From positions 98,365-162,364 of IMG/VR virus record IMGVR_UViG_3300032308_001297: 64,000 nt of DNA; one strand, given 5' to 3'. Source of the stretch: a virus. Position numbers and translations under genes: made by a program. This document shows positions 1 to 10,300 of the stretch, piece after piece (positions within the stretch are counted from its first letter, which is position 1; each line of letters begins with the position of its first letter). Under the pieces are notes generated by a model. It saw only the letters and a program-made list of their open reading frames with translations. It was not told the DNA's origin and did no database searches.

Positions 1-34
1 CTTTTGATAAATCTCTCATAATTTCCTCTTATTG

Positions 35-85
35 CTATTGTGCTATTTCCATAACTGTGATATTTTGAATGCTAAGGGTTGACAT
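35..85 (-). pseudogene. 16-codon remnant (MSTLSIQNITVMEIAQ) of a fibre-associated gene
   Basis: ATG overlaps the stop of 85..729 (TAATG). The peptide joins an MSTL..NI N-terminus directly to an ITVMEIA C-terminus resembling the end of the upstream protein (FIAKEIAV). Confidence 0.5.
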
Positions 86-729
86 TATACGGCAATTTCC
101 TTTGCTATAAACGTTGAGGTCATTGTACCACCTAAGAAATTATCCGAATAGCTGATTGATCTGTTGAAATGATAAGTTGTGCTAACGTCTTGACCAAACT
201 GTATTCTATAAATTATGGATGATGTGGTAGCTGGACTATGTAAAAGTTCCATACTACATGTATTAAACTGGTTAGTATCACCATTAACAGCGTATCCAAA
301 GTGACCACGAGAACGATTGCTATTAGCATCACCAATTGGTGTCACATCGCTCCATGAGGATCCACCATTGGTGCTAAATTGAAACTTATAACGAACTGTA
401 CCTGTGTTTTGAGCACCAGTAATACAAGCTGTTAGTAATATTCTACTACTGCTTAAAGTTGGTGTTATTGTTACTCGAAACGCACTATCAAACTCATTCC
501 AACTATTTCCACTAACCGCAATACTTGTAGTGCTTGTCTTAGCTGTTTGAACAACCTGTAAAATAGAACCAGCAGGCATAGATCCTGTTGTAATACCCCT
601 CGAAGAAGTAGATAATGTGTTTGAACCAGAAATAGCGCCAGTAACACCTAAAGTTCCGCTAAAAGAAGCATTAGAAGAAAACGCTGAAGCTCCAGTAATA
701 GTTCCAGAACCGTTAATTGTAATTGGCAT
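85..729 (-). CDS. Tail-fibre-associated small structural protein
   Basis: MPITINGSG N-terminus, GSILQVVQ motif, xEIA C-terminus; lies in the fibre cluster. Confidence 0.65.
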   Translation of the reverse strand: MPITINGSGTITGASAFSSNASFSGTLGVTGAISGSNTLSTSSRGITTGSMPAGSILQVVQTAKTSTTSIAVSGNSWNEFDSAFRVTITPTLSSSRILLTACITGAQNTGTVRYKFQFSTNGGSSWSDVTPIGDANSNRSRGHFGYAVNGDTNQFNTCSMELLHSPATTSSIIYRIQFGQDVSTTYHFNRSISYSDNFLGGTMTSTFIAKEIAV

Positions 730-739
730 ACGAAACTCC

Positions 740-3637
740 TTAAACGATAGTCCAAGTTGAACCAGAAGGAACTGTAACAGTTACACCACTATCTATTGTT
801 ACTGGACCAACAGTCAAAGCATTATAATTGTTTGACACTGTATAATTAGAACTTATGTTTACTGTCATTTCTATGAAAGGACTAGAAGACATTTTAATAG
901 GCGAATTCACAAAACCATTCAAAGCAACATTAGCACTAAATGTGTGATTATTAGTCCAAGTATATTGAGCAGCTGTATTAGTTCCGACAATTGTTGACCA
1001 ATAAACAGCTGAACCGTTAGATGTTAGTGCTTGACCGTTTGACCCGAAACCACCATTAGCAGAAACACCAGCACCAGAAGAAATGACAACATTGGCGTTA
1101 TATGTATGCACTCCTGTGATGGTATAAGCGCCAGCAGTATTTACATAAGAGGCTGCAGCAACACCACCAAGATTGGTAGAATTATTTGAAGTTAATGCGC
1201 TATTAACATTCAGATTACCTTCAGTTTTACTATAAGCAGTTGTGGCATTATTAACGTTTAGGCTACCTTCAGTTTTACCATAAGCGCCAGTAGAATTACC
1301 AACTAAAGTTGAGCCAGCAAAAATACCACTAGTGTTAATAACTGCCCAGTTAGTTGAGGTATTACCAAGAGCGATAGAATTGGCTTGGAAATTAGATAAT
1401 TTAAAAGAACTGTTTGAAGTATCAATATAAACGTTGGCATCTGGCTCAGGAAGATAGCTATCAAAAACTTTCCAATATCCGTCTGATGCATCTCTAAAGA
1501 AACCAGCATGACGATACGTTCCATCATTATATCCAGCTGCTAAACCAATATCAGGATTAACATCGCTTTTACCTCTTGCTGTTCCGCCTGAAATATATGA
1601 AGCAGTATTCGTATTAGCAACAACGAAATGAGTGCCATTTGCAGATATAATATTTTGATAATCACCATTATAAGAACTGGGGTTTACATTAGTTACAGAT
1701 ACGTCCCAACCAGCTGAATAGTTATTATTGGCTGTGAATATTATCTGAGTTCCATTACCAGATATATTAGTTATATTCGCAGATACGCCTTGATTAAGAA
1801 ATAACATATTATCTGTAAAAGTAATATTATTTCCTTGTAATACAGTAGAAGTTCCTGATACTGTCAGATTACCAGTCAAAGTAAGATTTACGAAAGTAAC
1901 ATTGTTAGATGATGTCACATTCTGATCCATACGATATGGAAGTCTAGCTTCTGCAAGAGTTCCAGTATTGATATTGGATGCATTAGAAGCAAATATTACA
2001 GCATTAGAATAAGCGTTTCCAGCTTTAGCGTCAGTATAACTTACAGCATTAGAATAAGCATTGGCTGCTTTATTAGTAGCATCTGTAGATGCATCAGAAA
2101 CAGCATTAGAATAAGCATTAGCAGCTTTATTGTCTGCGTAAGTTTGAAGAGTTGTTACGTTGCCTTGTAATTGAGCATTAGAAACAACATTAGCAGCAGC
2201 CACCGTACCAACGAAAGAAGTATTATTGGCAGTAAGTTTAGCAACGTTAGCTGATAGTCCAACAGAAGTCTGATAATTTGCTAGATTAGAACTTAACTGA
2301 GCATTAGAAACAACATTGGCTGCTGGTAGAGAACCAATAAACAACGCTGAATTTGATGTTGCGTTAATAGTTTGTGAGAATGTAATGGTATTGGTAAATG
2401 TTTGGGTATTGGTCCAAGTATATCGTGCAGATGTATTAATTGTTGCTACAATATTTCCACCAATAGCAACACCACCAACATAGATAGAAGAAGAATTAAT
2501 GAAAACGTTTACGCTGGAATTACCAAGAGAAATTACAGAACTGTTTACTGCAGCGCCAGAAGTTGTTGAACCCCAATAATGATTATTAGTCCAAGTATAA
2601 GTGTCTGCAGTGTTAACAGCTGAAGTAGATGGAACATATATTCCATAAACGTCAATGACAGAATTTAAAACAGGAGGAACAACAAAGACAATATCTACAC
2701 CATTGATGATAGAAACATCATCAGAGCTCATTCTTACGCCATTAAGATATACATTCAAACGTTCTGGATTATATGGAAGAGTTGTAGAAAAAGTGTCAGT
2801 GGCACCATCGCCAATAAAAGATTCTATTACGAAATTAGCTTCTGGATTTAGATTCTTAACACCAAAAACGTCAATATTTGTTCCATTTGCAGGAGCAACA
2901 GCGAATACGATATTAGCTCCTGAAGCTGTATTTACTTCTGTTCCTGTTGCTCTAACACCGTTTAAATAAACGTTTAGTGCATTGGAAGTATATCCATTAG
3001 CAACAACAAACGAAGTATTTGAACCATTACCTATATAAGATTGTTTTACATAAACGCCGTCTGAAGCGTCTAATTCATACCCAATAAAATCAATATTAAC
3101 TCCGTTAGCAGGAGCAACAGCAAATACTACGTTGGAACCCGAAGAAGTATTAGCTTCGCCGCCAGTCATTCTTATGCCATTGACATATACATTCAAATAA
3201 TCGGCATCATAACCGCCAGTAATAGCATAAGACGTTCTTACACCATTTCCTGTCGCTGATCTTATAATATGAGGAATATTAATTTCTGTTGAAGTAGAAG
3301 CCCAATAAACAGCCGAACCATTTGATGTGAGGAATAGTCCAGAATTGCCATAAGATCCACCAGCTGACACGCCACCATTAAGAACCACGTTCCCGAAAAA
3401 TGTAGCTGTATTATGTGTAGTGGTATTTCCGATAAGGTTTGCGCCATGTATTACAGCGTTGCTTTGGACGTGCAAAACATCTAAATTGGAACCAAGCACG
3501 AAAACATTGGCACCATCAGAACTAAAAAGTTTTCTATCAGTGAGATTGATTGCTAGCTCAGCAATGGAGAGCGTTGATGTGTTAGGGTATTTCCCAGCGA
3601 CAGATGAACGTCGCAGTTTGAAAACAGTATTTGCCAT
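740..3637 (-). CDS. Tail fibre protein
   Basis: Mtd-like N-terminus (FKLRRSSVAGKYP..ELAIN), three GNG..T.F..YxNGVR repeats, N/S/T/A-rich shaft. Confidence 0.75.
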   Translation of the reverse strand: MANTVFKLRRSSVAGKYPNTSTLSIAELAINLTDRKLFSSDGANVFVLGSNLDVLHVQSNAVIHGANLIGNTTTHNTATFFGNVVLNGGVSAGGSYGNSGLFLTSNGSAVYWASTSTEINIPHIIRSATGNGVRTSYAITGGYDADYLNVYVNGIRMTGGEANTSSGSNVVFAVAPANGVNIDFIGYELDASDGVYVKQSYIGNGSNTSFVVANGYTSNALNVYLNGVRATGTEVNTASGANIVFAVAPANGTNIDVFGVKNLNPEANFVIESFIGDGATDTFSTTLPYNPERLNVYLNGVRMSSDDVSIINGVDIVFVVPPVLNSVIDVYGIYVPSTSAVNTADTYTWTNNHYWGSTTSGAAVNSSVISLGNSSVNVFINSSSIYVGGVAIGGNIVATINTSARYTWTNTQTFTNTITFSQTINATSNSALFIGSLPAANVVSNAQLSSNLANYQTSVGLSANVAKLTANNTSFVGTVAAANVVSNAQLQGNVTTLQTYADNKAANAYSNAVSDASTDATNKAANAYSNAVSYTDAKAGNAYSNAVIFASNASNINTGTLAEARLPYRMDQNVTSSNNVTFVNLTLTGNLTVSGTSTVLQGNNITFTDNMLFLNQGVSANITNISGNGTQIIFTANNNYSAGWDVSVTNVNPSSYNGDYQNIISANGTHFVVANTNTASYISGGTARGKSDVNPDIGLAAGYNDGTYRHAGFFRDASDGYWKVFDSYLPEPDANVYIDTSNSSFKLSNFQANSIALGNTSTNWAVINTSGIFAGSTLVGNSTGAYGKTEGSLNVNNATTAYSKTEGNLNVNSALTSNNSTNLGGVAAASYVNTAGAYTITGVHTYNANVVISSGAGVSANGGFGSNGQALTSNGSAVYWSTIVGTNTAAQYTWTNNHTFSANVALNGFVNSPIKMSSSPFIEMTVNISSNYTVSNNYNALTVGPVTIDSGVTVTVPSGSTWTIV

Positions 3638-3668
3638 ATGGCTCTCCCAAACTCAGTATATACTGAGA

Positions 3669-4196
3669 TTAAAATTCGTCAACCGATTTAGGGGATTCCT
3701 TAATCTTAGGTTTGCCCTTTTTTAATTCTTCATTCTCTTTGAATAATATATTTAGTTCTTCTGTTTGCCTTTTATATTCTTCTTTTAATTGTTTTAATTC
3801 TGAAATAAGATTGGCTCTCTCTTCGTTACAAGAATCCCACTCATTTCTTTTGTCCATTATCTTTTTATTCAAATTATCATATTCATTCTTTTTATTAGAA
3901 AGCATCTGTTCAAGGTTTTTAATAGTGTTCTCAAGTTTTTTCTTTTCAAGAGTAACAGCTTCGACGCCATTAGCAGCTTGCTGCATCATTTCGTTTTGAA
4001 TATCGACTTGTTTCTGAGATTCCTCGTACTTACCAGAAAAATCGTTAACCGAATGAACCAAACCTTCTATTTTTATTTCATATTCTAAGTTTTTTCTAAT
4101 ATGATCCAGAAGCAATTTTTCTTGTTTCTGGATATATTTTTGTAAATAATTAACAGCTTCTTCTAATTTTTTAACTTGACTATCATCAATTTCCAT
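3669..4196 (-). CDS. Coiled-coil hypothetical protein
   Basis: E/K/Q-rich heptad pattern, in operon. Confidence 0.7.
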   Translation of the reverse strand: MEIDDSQVKKLEEAVNYLQKYIQKQEKLLLDHIRKNLEYEIKIEGLVHSVNDFSGKYEESQKQVDIQNEMMQQAANGVEAVTLEKKKLENTIKNLEQMLSNKKNEYDNLNKKIMDKRNEWDSCNEERANLISELKQLKEEYKRQTEELNILFKENEELKKGKPKIKESPKSVDEF

Positions 4197-4224
4197 AGTA
4201 TAATTCCTTTGTCAACGATTAATA

Positions 4225-5952
4225 TTAGAAAGAACCACCATCTAGTACGTCATAGACCAATGCTGTTCCGTTAGACTGTAGAACATATCCACTGGTGCCA
4301 AGAGTTAGTTGGTTATATCCGTTTGTTGAATTACCAACAAGTAATGCATTATTTGTAGTTGTCTTATAACCAGTACCACCTTCTGTTCCTGCAAGAGCAG
4401 TAGATAGAGTTAGAGTATTAGCAACGATACTTACAGAGAAAGTTGCATTAGCTGTTAGATTTGCAGCTGTTGAATTAATGGATAGCCCACCGGATTTTAT
4501 ATAAGTGTGTAGAACTGCTAGAGTAAACCCGTTAGCAGCTGTGTTAACGTGGTTATTTCCTGCTAGTTCTTGCTCAGAACCTGTAAATAGCTTATACTCT
4601 CCATCGGTAAAATCTCTGAATAGACCAGTATGTCTTGCTTTGGCGCCATCAAAATAATTAGCAGCAAAACCAATATCCACAAGATCGCTGGTGTAGTTAT
4701 TACCAGCAAGATAGATCATAGGATCAGAAATAATGACTGACTGAACGTTAGTTGTTACTAGGTTACCAGTAACGAAAATATCTCCGCCAATATATACAGA
4801 ACTATCGAAATGACCTTCTACGCCATGCACGTTACCGGCATGCATTTCATTCCATCTAAGCGTGTTGTTACCAACGTTATATGTTAGATTAGCAGAAGGA
4901 ATAATGTTTGTGTTAACTGCAGCGACAATTGAAAGAACGTCTGAGAACGAATCGCCAATTACAACGTTACCAGTTGTTGATAATTTACCAGTTACAACAT
5001 TAGCAAAAGTTACGTTATCCGTTGTTCCAACTGGCTGACCGATGCTAACTCCTGTGGAGTTAACTGTAACACCAGTACCAGCGTCAACCCAAACTCCTGA
5101 AGAGTTAGAAATAAGACCGCCATCTAGACCAGCCTTAACAGCAACTGTTGTTGCGTTTACTTCAATACCGTTACCAGCACCAACATCGATAGTAATATCA
5201 CCAGTGTTTCCGCCACCATTTAGACCGTCGCCAGCAGTGATAGAAGAAATATCACCAACGTCGTTGTCCCAGTAAATACTAGAACCGTTAGATCTAAGAA
5301 CCTGATTAGCTGAACCAAGAGAACCGTTAGCAGAGAATCCGACACCTGAGCCAACAGTTACTTGAGTTGTATTAGCTCTAAAGTAAGATCCAACAGCTAA
5401 GATATCGGCGTTAACAATACCGCTAGTATAAACACCACCATTATTGGCGATAACCCATCCACCAACACTAAGAACAGAAGCGTTGACTGTATTGGTTGCA
5501 AAAACATTAGCAACGTTTAGAGTATTTGCAACAGAAAGATTGTTTGAAACTTTATCGAAAGTAAATCCAGCCGAAGCATTAGCAACGCCAGAATCATTAA
5601 ACTGAACTTGGGTGTTAGAACCAGAAGTACCAGTTCCCCAATAAATTGCAGTTCCATTAGTAACAAGAACCTGACCATTCGACCCTGCGGAACCGTTAGC
5701 TGTGATCGAAGTAATAACAGCGTTGGCTACGATAACTTTATCAATACCACCAGTAGCATTAGCTACTAGAGCATGACTATTAGTCAGGGTTCCTGGGTAT
5801 TGAGCGCCTCCAATACGAAGAACGCCAGAACCATCAGGAAGGCCAATGTGAAGAGTGTTTGAGGCTTGTGTAAAAGCTAATTCGCCGTTAGACAGACCTG
5901 AAACAACAGCATTAGCTACCGATCTCTTGATTTGAATTTTATTATTAGCCAT
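4225..5952 (-). CDS. Tail fibre-like protein
   Basis: IQIKRS..GELA N-terminus, GQVLxxNG..YW motifs, LDGGSF C-terminus; shares a module with 740..3637. Confidence 0.75.
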   Translation of the reverse strand: MANNKIQIKRSVANAVVSGLSNGELAFTQASNTLHIGLPDGSGVLRIGGAQYPGTLTNSHALVANATGGIDKVIVANAVITSITANGSAGSNGQVLVTNGTAIYWGTGTSGSNTQVQFNDSGVANASAGFTFDKVSNNLSVANTLNVANVFATNTVNASVLSVGGWVIANNGGVYTSGIVNADILAVGSYFRANTTQVTVGSGVGFSANGSLGSANQVLRSNGSSIYWDNDVGDISSITAGDGLNGGGNTGDITIDVGAGNGIEVNATTVAVKAGLDGGLISNSSGVWVDAGTGVTVNSTGVSIGQPVGTTDNVTFANVVTGKLSTTGNVVIGDSFSDVLSIVAAVNTNIIPSANLTYNVGNNTLRWNEMHAGNVHGVEGHFDSSVYIGGDIFVTGNLVTTNVQSVIISDPMIYLAGNNYTSDLVDIGFAANYFDGAKARHTGLFRDFTDGEYKLFTGSEQELAGNNHVNTAANGFTLAVLHTYIKSGGLSINSTAANLTANATFSVSIVANTLTLSTALAGTEGGTGYKTTTNNALLVGNSTNGYNQLTLGTSGYVLQSNGTALVYDVLDGGSF

Positions 5953-5979
5953 TAATGATGGTCCTTTGTTATTTTTATC

Positions 5980-5987
5980 TATTTATT
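5980..5987 (-). promoter_or_regulatory. T4-type late promoter (AATAAATA)
   Basis: Matches the TATAAATA family; upstream of 4225..5952. Confidence 0.55.
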
Positions 5988-5989
5988 AT

Positions 5990-6268
5990 TTAAAAAGTTC
6001 CACCGTCTAGATCGCCTATAACGTCTGCCATTTCAAGAGGTTTTACAAAATATTTATCAGTAACTAAATCATAAACTAGGGTCGAACCGTCGTTTCTTTG
6101 TGATAAATCTATATCTGTTAATTCATCTATAGCAACGTTTCCCGAAGTCGAAAGACTAGGCGTGTTTTTAAGAGTTACTGGAGTTTTAGTGTCTAATACT
6201 CCAGCAGTCCCGTTTGCAGAGACCTGAACATTTCTTTTTCTGCCTACGACTACGTTTATTGTACTCAT
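5990..6268 (-). CDS. Small virion protein ending LDGGTF
   Basis: ORF in structural operon; DGGxF end shared with 4225..5952. Confidence 0.65.
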   Translation of the reverse strand: MSTINVVVGRKRNVQVSANGTAGVLDTKTPVTLKNTPSLSTSGNVAIDELTDIDLSQRNDGSTLVYDLVTDKYFVKPLEMADVIGDLDGGTF

Positions 6269-6269
6269 T

Positions 6270-6596
6270 TTATCTTGTTGCGTTTGGTGTTACCGTTATA
6301 ATACCCTCTACCACTCTAGAAATAACTCCGCTCTGGGCGACTTCAACATCGTAAACATATCTTCCTGCCACAAGATTTGCAGTCTGGACAGCAGTAAGAG
6401 AAAGAGTTATAGTCCCAGTAGAAACATTAATAGCTGTAGAAAAGGTAGTTGAGTTTGATGAAGTATACCACTTCCTCATTTGAGAATTTGCTGTATATCC
6501 GTTAAGGTTCATAACATCGCCATTGTCGTCTGTTAACGATAAATCGGCGGAAAAGGTCGCTCCTTGATCTATGACTAAATTAGCTTTTGTTGCCAT
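6270..6596 (-). CDS. Small virion structural protein (IDQGATF family)
   Basis: NLVIDQGATF..GRYVYDVE..RVVEGIITVTP motif common in T4-like phages. Confidence 0.7.
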   Translation of the reverse strand: MATKANLVIDQGATFSADLSLTDDNGDVMNLNGYTANSQMRKWYTSSNSTTFSTAINVSTGTITLSLTAVQTANLVAGRYVYDVEVAQSGVISRVVEGIITVTPNATR

Positions 6597-7186
6597 TATG
6601 CTGTGAACCTTGTGAAAGTAACAGATAAAGGAGTAACGGATGTACTAATATACAATCTCACAGAACCAGCACTAATATTAGCATTGAATGTTGCAAATGT
6701 AGTATTAGAACCAAGAATTCCGTATTCTGTATTATAAGTGCTTGAACCGTCTTGAGATAATAAAAATTTAGTGGCCAATACTTTGGTATTAGCAGAATCA
6801 TTGACTGCAATTAAATATTCTGCAGCGCTGCATTCGGAAACAGAAAAGGTGTCTAAAAGAGTTGATCCTGAAGAAGAAACAGAAACAGATGTTCTAGATC
6901 CTGGAGTTTCAACCCACGCTCCGTTAGCGTTTAGGTAATATTTTCCAGCGCTCTGTAATGTGGAATTTGCTGCTGTGATGGCAACATTAACAGAAGAATT
7001 ACCTATAGAAATTACATTAGCAGAAAACGTACCGCCTAGAACAGCATTGCCAGAAGTAACGTTATTATTTCCAGTACCATCAGAGGTTAATACAGCCCCA
7101 GAAGTGTGATACGCTAATTCGTTTACTCTGTTAATGAAATATTCCCAAGTATTCGTATTAGCTGTATTTGCTATTGTAATTGTCAT
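6596..7186 (-). CDS. Virion structural/fibre-like protein
   Basis: NTWEYFINRVNEL N-terminus; N/S/T-rich. Confidence 0.65.
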   Translation of the reverse strand: MTITIANTANTNTWEYFINRVNELAYHTSGAVLTSDGTGNNNVTSGNAVLGGTFSANVISIGNSSVNVAITAANSTLQSAGKYYLNANGAWVETPGSRTSVSVSSSGSTLLDTFSVSECSAAEYLIAVNDSANTKVLATKFLLSQDGSSTYNTEYGILGSNTTFATFNANISAGSVRLYISTSVTPLSVTFTRFTA

Positions 7187-7189
7187 TTA

Positions 7190-7390
7190 TTACTTTCCGT
7201 TTTCTACTAGCTGTAATAATAGAGACTTTACTTCATCTATACTCGATTCAATCTTTTTAATTCTTTCTTCATGAGTGGAAAGATTTCTTAAAGTTTCTCT
7301 TTGACGTTTATATGCTGTCAACCCAGCATTATCGACGTTCAATAAAGCCGCTTTATTATTTGGTTGTCGAATATACTCTTTAGTTTCCAT
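7190..7390 (-). CDS. Small coiled-coil protein
   Basis: Follows the DUF4815-like gene; EVKSLLLQL end. Confidence 0.65.
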   Translation of the reverse strand: METKEYIRQPNNKAALLNVDNAGLTAYKRQRETLRNLSTHEERIKKIESSIDEVKSLLLQLVENGK

Positions 7391-7391
7391 T

Positions 7392-10300
7392 TTACACCAT
7401 TAAGGCTATGCCACGAAGATCGTCGATCTTAGGTACAAACACTCCGCTTGTACTTAGTAGAACAATCTTGATAGCAAAAGTTTTGTAATCTTGGTATCTA
7501 GCGCCAGATTCGCTGTTATATTCAATGATTCCGAAATTAGAAGCATTGGCGAAAGCTCTATGAACAACTGGTCCAGTAATAGTATGAACTTCACCAGCGC
7601 CAGTTCTTGATTCAGTGATATTTACATTAGCACCACCAGGAGTGTTTGCAACAGCAATTGCCGAAGAATTAGCAAACGAAACGTAATAATAACTATTAGC
7701 CGTCAGACCACCAATAGCTGTGTTTGAGGCTGGTACAGCGTAATAAACTTTATTACCAACGCTGAATATAGAATTAGCTGCTTCGATAGCAATAGTTTCG
7801 GAAGTGTTACTTACACCAGTTGTATTGGCGGTTACATTATATGAACTGTAACCTACAGATGATGGAAGAGTGTAAACAAATTCCTTGAAATCATAACGAT
7901 CGATTGGGCTACAATACAGTTCAGAACTATCGTTATTAAGTTTAGTCCAATCTTTGTCAACTAATGTTTCAGGATCGGAAGCGGATAGGAACTTAGCGTA
8001 AACTTCAACATCAGTGTTATATGGGCGATATGCAGATAGATAAATCTTCATATCTTCTGAGTCTTGACCATCAGCAAGAACGATTGGTTGACTGATATAT
8101 CGGCATAGTGCATTACCGTTTCCAGTGTCTTCGCCGAAGCTACTGAAATTAATTGTGTTATTAATAACTTTAGCTCCCTTTCTCGAAATATCAATAGCAG
8201 GAGAAACGTATTTCTGAACACAAGTTAATTGGTTTTTAATAGTTAGAGATTTAGTATTTCCACCAAGAATTCCAGGTTCGTTAGAACGACTGTAAATCTT
8301 TCTCTCGTAATCTAACATTTCTCTTTCGATATCAAATTCTAATTCGCTGTATGTTGTATCAATTATGCCCGAATTCGAAGAACCTACGAATTCAGTAGTA
8401 ATAGCAGTGCCAAGAGGAGTAATTGTCGAGAATCTTGGAACTATAGCATGATATGCATAATCATCGATACTCACAACATTCGCAGTAGCAATTAGAGTGT
8501 TTAAGTTAGCAGCAGCTTCCGCTGTATTACCAGCAGTTCTAAATCTAAAGAAACCAATTTTTTGCGCTGGTGAGAAATTACCAGTTGAACTGTCAAGAAT
8601 CAATTGATTATTTGCAAGATCGATAGACTGCAGAGAACCATGAATAGTGGCTGGAGAGTTAATAATTGCATTTGAAGATGCATTAATAACATAAACTTCG
8701 TCTCCACTAGCCGACGAAGGAGTGACCAGAGAATTTGCTAGTGCTATACTATTATAGGTAATGAATTCGTCGTTTTCATTATCGAAATATGCCTGACCTG
8801 TACCAACAGTAAAGTTAGCAACATATAGGTTAAACTTGACGTCTTCTCTTGGTAGAGCAGTCCAAGTTCTGGCGTTTGACGAACGGAAAGATTCTCCAGT
8901 GTATGGGTTTGAACCAATTTGCGAACCAGTAATTGTATCAAAATCGCCCATTTCAGCGACCCACATATTATAATCTGGAGTGCTTGATTCGGGTTCAACC
9001 CAGAATGCATATTCTGTGTTTCCTGCAAGATAAATTGGATCGTTGAAAACAATTGTTGTTGCAGCGTTTGCAATATCAGAAATACTGACATTGTTTGCGT
9101 CAACACGACCCCATCCGAAAATCTTATTGTTGTCTGGGAGTCCTGCGTTCATTCCACAAATGATTGCTCTTATACCAGTGTTTGCGTCTTTAGATTTGAA
9201 GAACAAATCAATCTTAGTTGCGAACACACCGCTTTCTTGTTGTGGAGATTCGACTTTGAACGATTGGGCGATAGGGTCGCGGAAGTATGTAGTCGTATAA
9301 TTATAACTGTAACATGTTCTTACATCAGGGGTGATTGTAGTAATTGTTGCTTCCTGAGAAGTAGTTGTAATGTTACTTGCGACATAAGTTCCAACAGCTT
9401 TAGAGAGAGCAGCATCATCGCCGTAAACCAAACTATCGGCGTCCATGATCATGAATCTTCTTTCACCAACACGGAACTGTCCTTGTGGAATATTGAATAC
9501 ACCAAAAACGTTTCCGAATTGATCAGAGAAAATTGGATCTCCAAAATTTCCAGTTCTATTTACAGCAGTATCTGGGCGTCCAGTTCTAGCGGCTGCTGAA
9601 ACAATAGCAGAAGCAGTAGCGCCAAGAGAAGTATTTAATGATCCTGGAGCACAGTAGGCGCTAACTGGAGTTTCATCAAAATAAGCATACATTCTTGAAG
9701 ATGGCTTAACACCCGTAGCAATAAATGCGATAGTTTTAGATTTAATATATGGTTGAACAGCAATATCAGTCAAGAACCTTCCTAGTTCTACTGTATTAGT
9801 CATTGGAACATACCAATGAGTTGTTACAAGCTGTTGCCAATAAGTCCAAAGACCACTATAAACGTTACCTGATTGCGCATAAACCTGCCATGGTCCATAA
9901 TGAGAACCCCAAATATTACCAGCTTCGCCCAATTCAATGAATGGTTGCATTAGGTCTAGCACAGCATCAGCGTTTGGAATGGATGTTTCGTCTTTATTCA
10001 TATCATAGTTTGGATAAAGATTTAGCGTTCCGTTCCAAGTCCAAATGTCTTGGTTGTTGTTTCTATATTTTGTAGCGTATGGCTGGAAAATATATTGCTC
10101 GTGACTATAAGGACGAGTAACAAGTTTACCAGTTAATGTTACACCAGTGCTTGTGGTGTTATTAAACGCTAGATCTATATCTTTTGTAGTGAAGGTTGGA
10201 CGACCATGACCTTGACGAATATCAATACACCATCTATAACCTTCATCGCTTGCTTCTGCAAAAAGATGGGAGGTCATAGGATCAGCAAAAATACCGTTCT

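Noticed and set aside
740-5952. Diversity-generating retroelement suggested by the Mtd-like N-termini
   Set aside because: No reverse transcriptase or TR/VR pair visible in the window
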